Positions 38,842 through 48,759 of a stretch of DNA of 64,000 nucleotides are shown here, piece by piece. The position numbers and the translations under genes were made by a program. The notes below the pieces were generated by a model. That model saw only the letters and a list, made by a program, of their open reading frames with translations. It was not told where the DNA came from and ran no database searches. Numbering within the stretch: the stretch's first letter is position 1; each line of letters begins with the position of its first letter. Source of the DNA: Polyangiaceae bacterium (GTDB lineage: Bacteria; Myxococcota_A; Polyangia; Polyangiales; Polyangiaceae); contig CBDCTZ010000015.1 of assembly GCA_965222375.1 (NCBI GenBank), positions 960,001 to 1,024,000 of the forward strand. Direction: 5' to 3'.

Positions 38842-41075
38842 TGCATGCACGACCCCTTCGCAACGCCTTGCGCGCTCTTTCGTTGGTCCTTGGTGCATGG
38901 TTCGCGAGCGGAGCCGGCTGCGCCGCCCCGGATCTGAACGACGCGCTGGGTTCGGGCGAGTGCAGCCCGAGTGGGGAGTGCGCCCCGGGATTCGTGTGCG
39001 ACAGGAATACCAATCAATGCGTCAGCAGTCTCGGCAGCGGCGATGGCGGTCCGGGTTGCGGCGCGGGCTGTGGCGCCGGCAAAGAGTGCTGCGACAACGC
39101 TTGCGTCGACGTGTCCATCGACCCAAGCAACTGTGGCGCGTGCGGCCTAAGCTGCCCCGGCACTACTTGCAACGGAACTTGCACCAGTGACTGCGCCGGA
39201 TCGAACGCCAACTGCAACGCAAACCTTGCGGACGGTTGCGAAGTCCAGACGGCATTGGACCGTTTGCACTGCGGAGCCTGCGCCAATGCCTGTCCGGACG
39301 TCGAGAACGGTTCGCCCAGCTGCACCATCGGCACCTGCGGCACGGATTGCGATCCAGGCTTCACCGCCTGCGACGATGCCTGTGTCGACACCCAATCCGA
39401 TCCGCTCAACTGCGGTGCGTGTGGCAATACTTGTGAAACGGGACGAGTGTGTAGCGAAGGCGCTTGCTCTGACACTTGCGCATCGGGGCTCACCAAGTGC
39501 GGCGCGTCCTGCGTCGACGTAGACGACGACACGGCGCACTGCGGCGGGTGCGGGCAGAACTGCGTTCCGCCCACCAACAGCGCCGGCACCTGCACTGCAG
39601 GCAAGTGTGGATTCACCTGCGATAGCGGTTTCGACCGTTGCGACGGCGCCTGTGCCGACCTGACCCGTGATGTAGACAACTGCGGTACTTGCGGCACGGC
39701 TTGTCCCGCGCCAGCCCCAGGCACCGGCGTCGCCTCCTGCACCGACAGCAAGTGTGGGCTGCTCTGCAACGACGGATTCTCCGAATGCAGCGGTCAATGC
39801 GTCGATACAAATGCGAATGCTGCGCACTGTGGCGCTTGCGGCAACGCCTGCACGTCCGGGGAAGTGTGCCAGGCGGGCAAGTGCGAGTCATCCTGCGGCG
39901 CCGGCACGACGAACTGCGGGGGCGCCTGTGTCGACACGCAGACTTCACTTTCCCACTGCGGCGCTTGCGGCAACTCCTGTTCCGCCGGCGCCAATGGAAG
40001 CCCAACCTGCAAAGCCGGCAAGTGCGGGCTAACCTGCAACTCGGGGTTCGGCAACTGTGACGGCGACCCGAAGACGGGTTGCGAGGCCAACCTCCAGACC
40101 GACGCGAACAATTGCAACAAGTGCCACGCGGACTGTCCGGACACCGCTGGACCCCAGGGCTTTCCTGTGTGTAATAGCGGCAGCTGTGAACTGCGCTGCA
40201 ATACCGGTTACGACCTGTGCAGCGGCACCTGCGTCAATCAGCAGACGGACCCGACAAATTGTGGAGTCTGCGGGAAGGTCTGTGCCAAAGGCGAAGTCTG
40301 CAACAGTGGCACGTGCAAACTGAACTGCACCGGGAGCCAGACGCCATGCAGCGGCAAGTGCGTGGACCTCACGATCGATCCAAGCAACTGTGGCAGTTGC
40401 GGAAAAGTCTGCCCACCGGGCCCCCCGCAGAGCACGCCAGAGTGTGTGAATGGCAAGTGCGGGTTCAAGTGCAACACGGGGCTTTCTCGGTGTGGTGGGC
40501 AATGCGTAGACACCAGCACCAACTTGAAGCACTGCGGTGCATGCAATGCATCCTGTTCGGCACCCAACGCCACTGGAACCTGCAGCGGGGGCTCCTGCAC
40601 GCTCAACTGCATCGCTCCGTACGACGACTGCAATGGCGACCTCTACTCGAGCGCTGGAAATGGCTGCGAGAGCAATCTCAATACCAACATCGACAGATGC
40701 GGCTCGTGCACGCGAGCGTGCAGCAGTTCCAACGTGAACACACGGCTGTGTGACGGCGGCTTGTGCACATCTACATGCAAAAGCGGCTTTGGCAACTGCA
40801 CCAAGCCAGCAGCACCCACGGCCGACAACGGTTGCGAATGCGTTGGAAGCTGCGGCGGCACGAACGGCACGACCTGCTTTGGCGGAACCGGCGGCGGCAC
40901 CGGCGGGGTGCCTGGCACGGGCGGCATTCCGACTACCGGCGGTTTCGGCGGAACCGGCGGTTTCGGCGGCACGGGCGCAACCGGCGGCGGAGGCACGGGC
41001 GGCAGCGGTGGCACTTCTGGCGCTGGTGGCAGTGGCGGCGTCGGCCCTGGCGGCGTCGGCGCGTCTGGCACCTAG
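38841..41075 (+). CDS. Cys-rich repeat lipoprotein (CVDxxxDxxNCGACG repeats, MXAN_6577-like)
   Basis: Lipobox GAGC; more than 10 D/NxxxxHCGACG repeats; Gly-rich tail; TGATG coupling to the PEGA gene. Confidence 0.85.
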   Translation: MHARPLRNALRALSLVLGAWFASGAGCAAPDLNDALGSGECSPSGECAPGFVCDRNTNQCVSSLGSGDGGPGCGAGCGAGKECCDNACVDVSIDPSNCGACGLSCPGTTCNGTCTSDCAGSNANCNANLADGCEVQTALDRLHCGACANACPDVENGSPSCTIGTCGTDCDPGFTACDDACVDTQSDPLNCGACGNTCETGRVCSEGACSDTCASGLTKCGASCVDVDDDTAHCGGCGQNCVPPTNSAGTCTAGKCGFTCDSGFDRCDGACADLTRDVDNCGTCGTACPAPAPGTGVASCTDSKCGLLCNDGFSECSGQCVDTNANAAHCGACGNACTSGEVCQAGKCESSCGAGTTNCGGACVDTQTSLSHCGACGNSCSAGANGSPTCKAGKCGLTCNSGFGNCDGDPKTGCEANLQTDANNCNKCHADCPDTAGPQGFPVCNSGSCELRCNTGYDLCSGTCVNQQTDPTNCGVCGKVCAKGEVCNSGTCKLNCTGSQTPCSGKCVDLTIDPSNCGSCGKVCPPGPPQSTPECVNGKCGFKCNTGLSRCGGQCVDTSTNLKHCGACNASCSAPNATGTCSGGSCTLNCIAPYDDCNGDLYSSAGNGCESNLNTNIDRCGSCTRACSSSNVNTRLCDGGLCTSTCKSGFGNCTKPAAPTADNGCECVGSCGGTNGTTCFGGTGGGTGGVPGTGGIPTTGGFGGTGGFGGTGATGGGGTGGSGGTSGAGGSGGVGPGGVGASGT

Positions 41076-41692
41076 CGACGCTGCACGACCACCACCCGCG
41101 TCGTGAAACGCCGATCCGTGGCGGCGCTAGCGCGGTAGCCCAGCCCCAGGGCCTCCATGCGCTCCGCAGAAACACCCTCGCGGCGCCACAACTGACGGAA
41201 GACCGCGTCAGCGCGGCGCTGGGTGGAAAAGACAACTGCACGAGCGCGCGCCGCGCTCTTTTTCGGATTGTGATGGGTCGCAACCTCGATCCGAATCAGG
41301 AGGATGCTCGGATCATCCCGCATGATCTTCCCGACGGCACCAATCACAGAGCGTGCGGGCTCCTTTGGAACCCGATACGCGGGATTGAACGCCACCTCGT
41401 GCCGCAGGTGGATTCGCGAGGAATCACAAGAGAGTCGCGCAAGGTCGTCACCGGACAGCACATCACTGCACTCCAGAGCTGCATCAACCGCCACGCTGTC
41501 CGCGCCTGCATCTCCTGCGCTACGCGGCTCACCGTCCCGGTCAGACCGCTCGCCCGCGTCGGAAAGCTCTTCCACCTGCCCTGGCGGTGTGCGCCACTCG
41601 ATAGGCCGGGACGGCGGCGGCACGGTCGGGCCGGGCCCGCACGCCGCGAGACAGCCCACCAGACTCGCTCCAAAGATACGCCCAAAACCCAT
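41072..41692 (-). CDS. Lipoprotein with degenerate OmpA-like C-terminal domain
   Basis: CLAAC lipobox; STQRRADAVFRQL...GVSAERMEALGLG. Confidence 0.65.
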   Translation of the reverse strand: MGFGRIFGASLVGCLAACGPGPTVPPPSRPIEWRTPPGQVEELSDAGERSDRDGEPRSAGDAGADSVAVDAALECSDVLSGDDLARLSCDSSRIHLRHEVAFNPAYRVPKEPARSVIGAVGKIMRDDPSILLIRIEVATHHNPKKSAARARAVVFSTQRRADAVFRQLWRREGVSAERMEALGLGYRASAATDRRFTTRVVVVQRR

Positions 41693-41828
41693 CGTAAACC
41701 CAAGCGGAATGGCTGCAGGATAGTCACAACTTAGCTTGAGTTTCGCGGGCTTCGCCCCGCGGCTTTCGGATTGAGTGGTTTTCGGAAGACGCGGAATGAT
41801 TTAGCGTGCCTCGGTCTGGAGGAGAGCA

Positions 41829-42635
41829 ATGTTGACCTCGAATGCATCATGTAGCCTGTCGAAGTTCGTCGGTTTCCTAGCCCTGCTGTGCCTGGTTTTC
41901 ACCAGCATGCCAGCGGAAGCAGCCGGGCGCGTGCAGTGGGTCAAGAAGACCATCAAGGAAAGCAGCAGCGGTGGCTCCTGGAAGCTTGCGATAAAGGTGT
42001 ACCTGTCCGCGCCTCCAGGCACCGCGCACCTCCCGGTCAAGTTCGAGTTCAAGCCTATCGCCTACTACGAGCGCGCAATGGTAGACGGCGACAAGCTGGT
42101 GGAGCGCCGGGTACCCCTCGTTGGTCGACAGGACATCATCGAGAGCGTCGACCTCGGTTTCATGGACCCCGGCACGGGCAAGCTCGAAAAGCGGACCAAG
42201 TTCAGCTTCAAGGTCACTCGAGCTCACGGCTTCGAAGCGGGCGAGTACAAGGTCGGGATCCGAAACGCGCGCAACGGCCGATTGATTGGCAGAGTCACGA
42301 CCATCAAGCTTGAAGGCGAGAACGAAGTCATCGATCGGCGCGCCATGGTCTTCGCGTCGGGCAAGAAGAAGGACGACAAGAAGAAGGACGACCCAGCTCC
42401 GGAAGAGGGTAGTGAGGGAACCGGGGAAGGCTCGTCCGAGGAGGGCGCGGAGCCGGAGCCAGAACCCGAACCCATGGACGAAGAAGGCCTGGGCGAAGAT
42501 CCTCCCCAAGAGATCAAAGAGAAGCCCGGCGGCTGCGGTTGCCGAGTAGAAGCCACCCGCGGCCCATCGCACGGTGCGTGGGCGTTGCTCTCTTTGGGCA
42601 TCGTCTTGCTACGCCGACGTCGGCGTCGCGCCTGA
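41829..42635 (+). CDS. MYXO-CTERM sorting-domain surface protein
   Basis: C-terminal GGCGCRV...AWALLSLGIVLLRRRRR; N-terminal signal peptide. Confidence 0.85.
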   Translation: MLTSNASCSLSKFVGFLALLCLVFTSMPAEAAGRVQWVKKTIKESSSGGSWKLAIKVYLSAPPGTAHLPVKFEFKPIAYYERAMVDGDKLVERRVPLVGRQDIIESVDLGFMDPGTGKLEKRTKFSFKVTRAHGFEAGEYKVGIRNARNGRLIGRVTTIKLEGENEVIDRRAMVFASGKKKDDKKKDDPAPEEGSEGTGEGSSEEGAEPEPEPEPMDEEGLGEDPPQEIKEKPGGCGCRVEATRGPSHGAWALLSLGIVLLRRRRRRA

Positions 42636-42773
42636 CACCGCGGGCGCCACGTCACTGCCCACGCGTGGCCCATCTCTAGAGTAGTGACCTTGCGGCGCGC
42701 AGCGTCGCACCCCGTCGGGTATCCCGCAGCGGGTCACAAGCGCGTCGACCCTACATAAACGGGAAACAAACTC

Positions 42774-42790
42774 GGGGCCACGGTGGCCCC
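42774..42790 (-). terminator. Possible intrinsic terminator
   Basis: GGGGCCAC-G-GTGGCCCC hairpin followed on the minus strand by GAGTTTGTTT, downstream of the 42846-44798 gene. Confidence 0.35.
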
Positions 42791-42845
42791 CACGCCGAGT
42801 AGGCGTGATCCCCCAGGCCCGTGGAGCCCGGGGGCCGCTTGCGAC

Positions 42846-44798
42846 TCAGCGAGTTCCGGGAGACGCCGGGCTCAGGTTCCAAATCCAGTTGTCGAGGAGC
42901 AGCAGCGAGTCGAAGACGTGGTCACTGGTATCCCAGACTGCGATCCTAACTTCCATGACCTCGCCGGGCAGCACGTTACCCGCGGTCGTGAGCCAGCCTG
43001 TTCCGCCGCCGAGGAGATTACTGTCATTGGGGGGCGTGCCGCAGCCCCCGGTGTTGGTATCGAGACCGGTGCCGTTGAGGAGAGAGGGCCCAGCGACGCA
43101 GCTGGCTTGACCAAGCACACCGCCGGCGCAACCTGTCTGCCCGGCATCGCAAACAGCGAATAGGTTAGTCCCGAAGGAGAGGTTCACGCTGACGGGAAAG
43201 CGCGTGAAGTTCGGCGCGATGTAAACCGCGAGGTTCTTGTCCTTCGGGTTCGTCGTGGCTCCGGAGTCCACGAGAGCGACGTAAAAATCGTTGAACTGCG
43301 TACAGACGTACTCGGGGAATTCGGCCGAATTGAAGAAGGAGTTGAAACTGAAGGAGCGAGCGTTCGTCGGCACGCGCATGCGCAAAGTCAGCATCACGGG
43401 ATCGTTGGCTGCGCTGCCATTCGGCCCCGGGCAGCCGGGCGAGTTCGGCAAGGTGCCGCCGTTGGCCGCGAGCCAGTCCGCCGGGAAACCGCTCGTGCGC
43501 TGATTGTCTTTGCCGGGCTGGAGAGCCGTGTAGCTCGGGTTCGTGTCGCTCGGAGCTGCCGCCGCGCCCGTGGAAAGGATGGCAAGCCGCTGCCCCTTGA
43601 GGGGGAAGATCGCGTTGCCGAACTTCGGCCGAATGGATTGAGCGGCAGGATTAGGAGTTCCGGTACCACTCGCCAGAGAGAAGCGACCGGAAATGACGCC
43701 CCACTTGCGATCCTTGATCGGAACGAATTCCTTGGTCGTCTGGCAGAGGTCCATCGCCTTGGCGTAGTCCATGGCGTTCGTGGAGCCCGTGTTGGTGACC
43801 TGGTTGTCACAAGGCGGATCGACTTCGTCGAAAAAGCCATCGCAGTCGTCGTCAACGGCGTTGCCGATGTATTCGATGGCGCCGGGATTCACGAGTTCCG
43901 GCGTCACGCTGCAGCCGCCGGGCAAGTCACAGCAATCGCCGTCTTGCACGGACCAGCCATCCTTGTCGCAGTCCCCAACGGCGCAGCCACCGCCGGTGCC
44001 GCCGCTTCCACCGACGCCACCGGTTCCAGCAATCCCACCTGTGCCGCCTCCGCCAGTACCGGCGAAGCCGCCCGTGCCCGCGAAGCCTCCGGTACCGGCG
44101 AAGCCACCCGTGCCTGCAAAGCCGCCGGTGCCCGCGAAGCCTCCGGTACCGGCGAAGCCACCCGTGCCCGCAAAGCCGCCGGTGCCCGCGAAGCCTCCGG
44201 TACCGGCGAAGCCACCCGTGCCCGCGAAGCCGCCGGTGCCGGCGAAGCCGCCCGTGCCGGCGAAGCCGCCCGTGCCCGCGAAACCGCCTGTGCCCGCGAA
44301 ACCGCCTGTGCCACCACCACCCGTGCCTCCGGTTCCATTGCAGGAACCGCAGCCGAGGGAATCGACCTCTTCGACGCATAGTGAATCCCACGCGACATCA
44401 CAGCAAACGGGATCGAAGGCGCACACGCACGCCGAAATGTTCGGGTTGTTGCAGCCAGGTGTCCCTTTCGGAGCACAGCAATCCCCAGGGCTGCCACCGG
44501 TGCCACCGACGGCGCCCGTACCGGCGACTCCACCCGTGCCACCGGCGCCGGTTCCCGCGAAGCCGCCTGTAGCGCCGAAACCACCTGTGGCGCCGAAGCC
44601 ACCCGTGGCAGCGAAGCCGCCATTGCCGCCGCTGGTTGTGCCACCTACGCCACAGTTGGCACCTTCGGGACAATCCAAGTCGCTCAGGAATCCGTCCCGA
44701 GCACCGCAGGCAGCGGAAAGACCGCCTAGGCCAATCAACAGAAAACGGCGAACAGAAGTGGCTGAGCGGAGCACGTGACCTCCTCGGTGTTGCGCCAC
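42846..44798 (-). CDS. Cys/Gly-rich lipoprotein with C-terminal choice-of-anchor L-like domain
   Basis: LSAAC lipobox; GTGGFA repeats; NPGAIE..GNAVDDDCDG; SAEFPEYVCTQFNDFY, IAVWDTSDHVFDS. Confidence 0.75.
   Translation of the reverse strand: MAQHRGGHVLRSATSVRRFLLIGLGGLSAACGARDGFLSDLDCPEGANCGVGGTTSGGNGGFAATGGFGATGGFGATGGFAGTGAGGTGGVAGTGAVGGTGGSPGDCCAPKGTPGCNNPNISACVCAFDPVCCDVAWDSLCVEEVDSLGCGSCNGTGGTGGGGTGGFAGTGGFAGTGGFAGTGGFAGTGGFAGTGGFAGTGGFAGTGGFAGTGGFAGTGGFAGTGGFAGTGGFAGTGGFAGTGGFAGTGGGGTGGIAGTGGVGGSGGTGGGCAVGDCDKDGWSVQDGDCCDLPGGCSVTPELVNPGAIEYIGNAVDDDCDGFFDEVDPPCDNQVTNTGSTNAMDYAKAMDLCQTTKEFVPIKDRKWGVISGRFSLASGTGTPNPAAQSIRPKFGNAIFPLKGQRLAILSTGAAAAPSDTNPSYTALQPGKDNQRTSGFPADWLAANGGTLPNSPGCPGPNGSAANDPVMLTLRMRVPTNARSFSFNSFFNSAEFPEYVCTQFNDFYVALVDSGATTNPKDKNLAVYIAPNFTRFPVSVNLSFGTNLFAVCDAGQTGCAGGVLGQASCVAGPSLLNGTGLDTNTGGCGTPPNDSNLLGGGTGWLTTAGNVLPGEVMEVRIAVWDTSDHVFDSLLLLDNWIWNLSPASPGTR
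44062..44313 (-). repeat. 18-bp coding tandem repeat, 14 copies (GTGGFA)
   Basis: GCGAAGCC(G/T/A)CC(C/G)GT(G/A)CC(C/G)-type units over 252 nt. Confidence 0.9.
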
Positions 44799-44945
44799 GA
44801 TGGCACAACTCCCCGCGCGGCGTGCAAGAGCCGCGCCGGGTGCAGCATGCGCCTAGAACTGTGCCGTGCGCAATCCCCACTTGACAGCACGGCGGATCGT
44901 CACAGAATGCACGCGTGGCCGCCTGAACGCGTGTGCGGCCCCGCC

Positions 44946-46103
44946 CTAGGCGCTGCGCCGGTCGACCAGTTCCAAGATGCGTTCGAAACCCCTACGAAGA
45001 ATGGGCTTCGGGCTCAGCAGGCTGACGACGAGGAAGTGAGGCCGCGGAAAATCGTAGAGCCAACCCGGCTGGACCACGACATCGCATTCCACCAAGAGAG
45101 ACTGGGCCCAGGCGTCATCGTCCTGAATCGCGGGCATTCTGAGCGGCGCGTACCAGCCTCCTTCCACGGGCAACACCGTGACGGCGCTGCCCTGAGCCAT
45201 GGCGATGAGGGTCGCGTGGTTGTCACGGCAACGAGCAGCAATCGCCTCTCGAGTACGACGTCCCAGCTGCAGCACCGCCTCCAACGCGAGCTGCACAGGC
45301 GTTGCCACAGAGAGATACGCATCCGCGATGACCTCCAAGCGAGTTCGAGCGGTGCTGACCACTTCGGGTTCACCACTCAACACCATCCACGAGAGCTTCA
45401 GTTGAGGCAACCCGACCTGCTTCGACAAGCCACCCAGCTCAATGTTGAAAGGTGCGCGGCTATCCTGGAGAGTGCATGCTCGCGCCGGGTCGGGGTCGAA
45501 GGCGTAGGCAGAGAACACTTCGTCAGAGACGATCGGCACGCCCAGCGACGACAGGTCCTTCAATTCGTTGCGCTTGAGGAAGTTCCCAGTGGGGTTGTTT
45601 GGATTGACGATGAAAAGTCCGCGGTAGTCGGTTTCGGGTGCGTCAGCCACGAGCCCGTGATGCCAAGCACCGTCGTACTCGAGAGCGGCCCGCTGTATGT
45701 CGACCTGCTCGAGTTGCGCGAGGTGATCCAGGAGAGGATAGCTCGGGCTGGGAGCCCAAATCCGATCCCCGGGATCGGCCAATAGTTTCAGACTGAACCC
45801 ATAGGCCTCGCTAGTGCTGGAGGTCAGTACGATCTGCTCCGGATCGACGACCTTGCCGAAGCGGGCGAGCTCCGCCGCAACCGCCGCGCGCGCCATTGGC
45901 AGTCCAAAAGGCTCAGCCTGGTAGTCCGCGCCGCTAGCCTGCGCGAAGGCCTCGGAAAGAGCTGCGTAGTCGTAGGGCAGGCCCGCCCGAGTGGGGTTGC
46001 TCTGGGTCAGATCAACGAGAGCCCTGCCCTCGTTACGGGCCTGCCGGAGCCGTGCCGCGAAGGCGTGTTCCTCAGCGGGAAAGCGGCTCCGGCGGCTCAG
46101 CAC
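44946..46103 (-). CDS. PLP-dependent aminotransferase class I/II
   Basis: PSYP, VNPNNPTG, VSDEVF, GGLSKQVGLPQLKLSW. Confidence 0.9.
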   Translation of the reverse strand: MLSRRSRFPAEEHAFAARLRQARNEGRALVDLTQSNPTRAGLPYDYAALSEAFAQASGADYQAEPFGLPMARAAVAAELARFGKVVDPEQIVLTSSTSEAYGFSLKLLADPGDRIWAPSPSYPLLDHLAQLEQVDIQRAALEYDGAWHHGLVADAPETDYRGLFIVNPNNPTGNFLKRNELKDLSSLGVPIVSDEVFSAYAFDPDPARACTLQDSRAPFNIELGGLSKQVGLPQLKLSWMVLSGEPEVVSTARTRLEVIADAYLSVATPVQLALEAVLQLGRRTREAIAARCRDNHATLIAMAQGSAVTVLPVEGGWYAPLRMPAIQDDDAWAQSLLVECDVVVQPGWLYDFPRPHFLVVSLLSPKPILRRGFERILELVDRRSA

Positions 46104-46181
46104 CGGAGCAACCCGCGCGCCGAGGCTCCGAGCTCATCAGCCACGGATTGCCCGGGCGCTAGCTGCGAGGAGTATGATGAC

Positions 46182-47318
46182 ATGGTGAGCGAAGGTGAGC
46201 TGGCACCGGGCACGACCGTTGGGCAGTACGTGATCGAAAGTCGCATCGGCGCCGGCGGCATGGGTGAGGTCTACCAGGCCATGCATACCGGGCTCAACAA
46301 GCGTGTCGCCATCAAGACCCTGCGTAGCGAGCACGCCAACAACGAAGCCGTGTTGAGCCGCTTCCTGCGCGAAGGGCAAGTCGCATCGCGCATTCGGCAC
46401 CCCAATGTGGTTGATGTCACTGACGTAGGCCTCATCGGGGATCTGCCTTGCATGGTGATGGAGTACATGCAGGGCGAAAGCCTATCGGATCTGCTCAAGC
46501 GCGAGAAGAAGCTGCCCTTGAACGAACTCGTTGACTGGATGCTCCCGGTCATCGCAGCAGTCCACGCAGCACACGTGCAGGGAGTCGTGCATCGCGACAT
46601 CAAGCCCGGCAACATCTTCCTGGCCAAAGCATGGTCCGGAGAGGTCACGCCGAAGGTGCTCGACTTTGGGATTTCGAAGATCCTGGAAGATGCGAGCGAG
46701 ATCACACGCAGCTCCGGGTCGTCCTTCCTGGGCTCGCCGCACTATGCCTCGCCGGAACTTGCCCGAGGTGAGAAGGACCTCGACGCGAAGTCAGACCAAT
46801 ACGCTTTGGGAGTCGTTCTCTACGAAGGCTCGACCGGCCGGCGACCCTTCGCCGGCAAGGCCACGTCCTTCATGGCCTTGATGTACGCCATCGCTGGCGG
46901 CCAATTCCCACCCCCAACCGAACACGAACCAAACTTGCCCCCCGCCTTCGAGGCGGCTGTCTTGCGGTCGATGGCGACACGGCGTGAGGACCGATACCCT
47001 GGCGTGCAGGAGCTGGGTGCCGCGCTGCTGCCTTTTGCGAGCCCACGTTCGGTTCTGCTTTGGGAGCCCGTTTTCGGAAAGTCCAAGCAAGCCCCCGCAG
47101 CCGCTGGACCGGCTCTAAGCGGTGAGGCCGCGCCAGACGCTCGGCCCAAGGCCACTGCTGTCGGCATGGCCACCAAAGCGGTGGGTTGGGCGGTCGCTTT
47201 CGTGCTGGGCGTCACACTTTCCTGGGGCGCGCTACGCCTATTCGCGCTGTCGAAGGGCGTAACCGAAAACCCTATGGCGCAGCCAAAGCCCACGGTGGAA
47301 AGCGCGGATTCCAAGTAG
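46182..47318 (+). CDS. Ser/Thr protein kinase with C-terminal TM helix
   Basis: IGAGGMGEV, VAIK, HRDIKPGN, DFG, YASPE. Confidence 0.93.
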   Translation: MVSEGELAPGTTVGQYVIESRIGAGGMGEVYQAMHTGLNKRVAIKTLRSEHANNEAVLSRFLREGQVASRIRHPNVVDVTDVGLIGDLPCMVMEYMQGESLSDLLKREKKLPLNELVDWMLPVIAAVHAAHVQGVVHRDIKPGNIFLAKAWSGEVTPKVLDFGISKILEDASEITRSSGSSFLGSPHYASPELARGEKDLDAKSDQYALGVVLYEGSTGRRPFAGKATSFMALMYAIAGGQFPPPTEHEPNLPPAFEAAVLRSMATRREDRYPGVQELGAALLPFASPRSVLLWEPVFGKSKQAPAAAGPALSGEAAPDARPKATAVGMATKAVGWAVAFVLGVTLSWGALRLFALSKGVTENPMAQPKPTVESADSK

Positions 47319-47344
47319 CGAAAAATCGGCTAACCTGGGCGACC

Positions 47345-47674
47345 ATGCTCAGCGGCCTCAATCAACAGCAACGCCTACTCCTTCTCCGCTTCGTATGCTC
47401 CTACGCCTGGGCCGATCTCGAGATCAAGGAGGGCGAGCGGCGCTTCGTGGAACGCCTAGCCCAACGCATGGAGCTGGATGACGACGAGCGAAAGCAGGTC
47501 GAGCAGTGGCTACATGTGGCACCTGCGCCCAGCGACGTCGACCCGCAACAGATCCCGGCGGAACACCGTCGCGTGTTTTTCGAGGCCTGCCGCGCGGTGC
47601 TTTACGCGGATGGTGAGGCAGACGACGTGGAGAAGGCACATCTGGAAGAGCTGCGCACCGCCCTCGCACTGTGA
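47345..47674 (+). CDS. TerB-like protein
   Basis: AWADLEIKEGERRFV and ADGEADDVEKAHL paired motifs. Confidence 0.8.
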   Translation: MLSGLNQQQRLLLLRFVCSYAWADLEIKEGERRFVERLAQRMELDDDERKQVEQWLHVAPAPSDVDPQQIPAEHRRVFFEACRAVLYADGEADDVEKAHLEELRTALAL

Positions 47675-47880
47675 TCGCGCTGGAGCAGCGTTTCGAAGCC
47701 CACGACTCGCAACTGACGCCGGCTTCGACCGATTCGCCAACTACTCACTGCCCGCCCTCAATGTGTGGGGGGGCACCGTGTGATGGAGGTTGGGTTGGGT
47801 CGACGCGCTTCGCGATACCCGAAGGGGTGAGCCCTGGGGCGGTCCTTGAGCACCAATCCCGCGGTCGGTCGAAAGGTGCG

Positions 47881-48756
47881 TCAGGTGCGCGGGACCCAGA
47901 TGTCTTCGGCGCTGGTCGGGTTGTCGACCAAGACCCGGACGTGATGATGCATCACCCGGCGCCCCTGCCGACGGATTCGTGGAACCTCGGCTGCGTTCAC
48001 GTACAACACACCGTCATCCCGGGTTTGCGAAATCCGCTCGCCGCCGCCACGCAAACGGCGATGCATGTGACCCGCAACGACCGCCACCACGCGCTTTCCG
48101 CTGGCTCTTGCGTAGGCGATAGCCTCCGTTAGATCCCGATCACCAAAATCCCCGGCCTGCTCCTTGAAGTCACAACCCCAAATGTCTCCGCGGTCAGCGC
48201 CCAACCCGTGGGGGCCGTTGTGGGCCAGGATTAAAACTCGTTCGTCTCGAATGCTGTCGATGAGAGTGCGGTACCTCTGGGTGGATGCTTCCATACTCGG
48301 GACTGCGTACTGCCGTCTCAACAACGGTGCGAAGGACAACTGGGAACCGCCCATGGCATGGGGTCGGCCGACGAGGATCGTGAGCGCTTTGTCTGGAAGG
48401 GAATGGGTGCTGTAGCCACACAGGGTCACGCTACCCAAAGCGCTGCGAAGGTCCGCGGCTAGCTTTCGGCCAAACAGACCCATGGCTTCCACGACGAATG
48501 GACGTTGAACGACCTCTGCCAGTAGCTGCGGTGCAAGCACCGCGTCATGGTTACCAGGAAGGAACAGTGCTGGGGTACGCAGGCGTGCAATGCGCTCGGC
48601 AACCTCCAAGGTCTTGCCGTGGCGGTAATTGCCCAGGTCACCGACGAAGAGGACTATGTCATAGTCGGAGTCATCGAAGTATTCGACGTCGTGATCGTCC
48701 CACTTGTGGTGTACGTCGCCGACGACCGCGACGCGGACCGTGGGCCACCCAGCCAT
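47881..48756 (-). CDS. Calcineurin-like metallophosphoesterase (TIGR04168-like)
   Basis: GDVH, VGD, GNHD, AHNGP, AGHMH motifs. Confidence 0.85.
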   Translation of the reverse strand: MAGWPTVRVAVVGDVHHKWDDHDVEYFDDSDYDIVLFVGDLGNYRHGKTLEVAERIARLRTPALFLPGNHDAVLAPQLLAEVVQRPFVVEAMGLFGRKLAADLRSALGSVTLCGYSTHSLPDKALTILVGRPHAMGGSQLSFAPLLRRQYAVPSMEASTQRYRTLIDSIRDERVLILAHNGPHGLGADRGDIWGCDFKEQAGDFGDRDLTEAIAYARASGKRVVAVVAGHMHRRLRGGGERISQTRDDGVLYVNAAEVPRIRRQGRRVMHHHVRVLVDNPTSAEDIWVPRT

Positions 48757-48759
48757 GAC

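Noticed and set aside
43771..44778. Pro-rich ORFs (PPVPAK repeats; similar ones at 6329, 20027, 40643, 61335, 62478, 63021)
   Set aside because: Antisense shadows of Gly-rich linkers in real genes on the opposite strand
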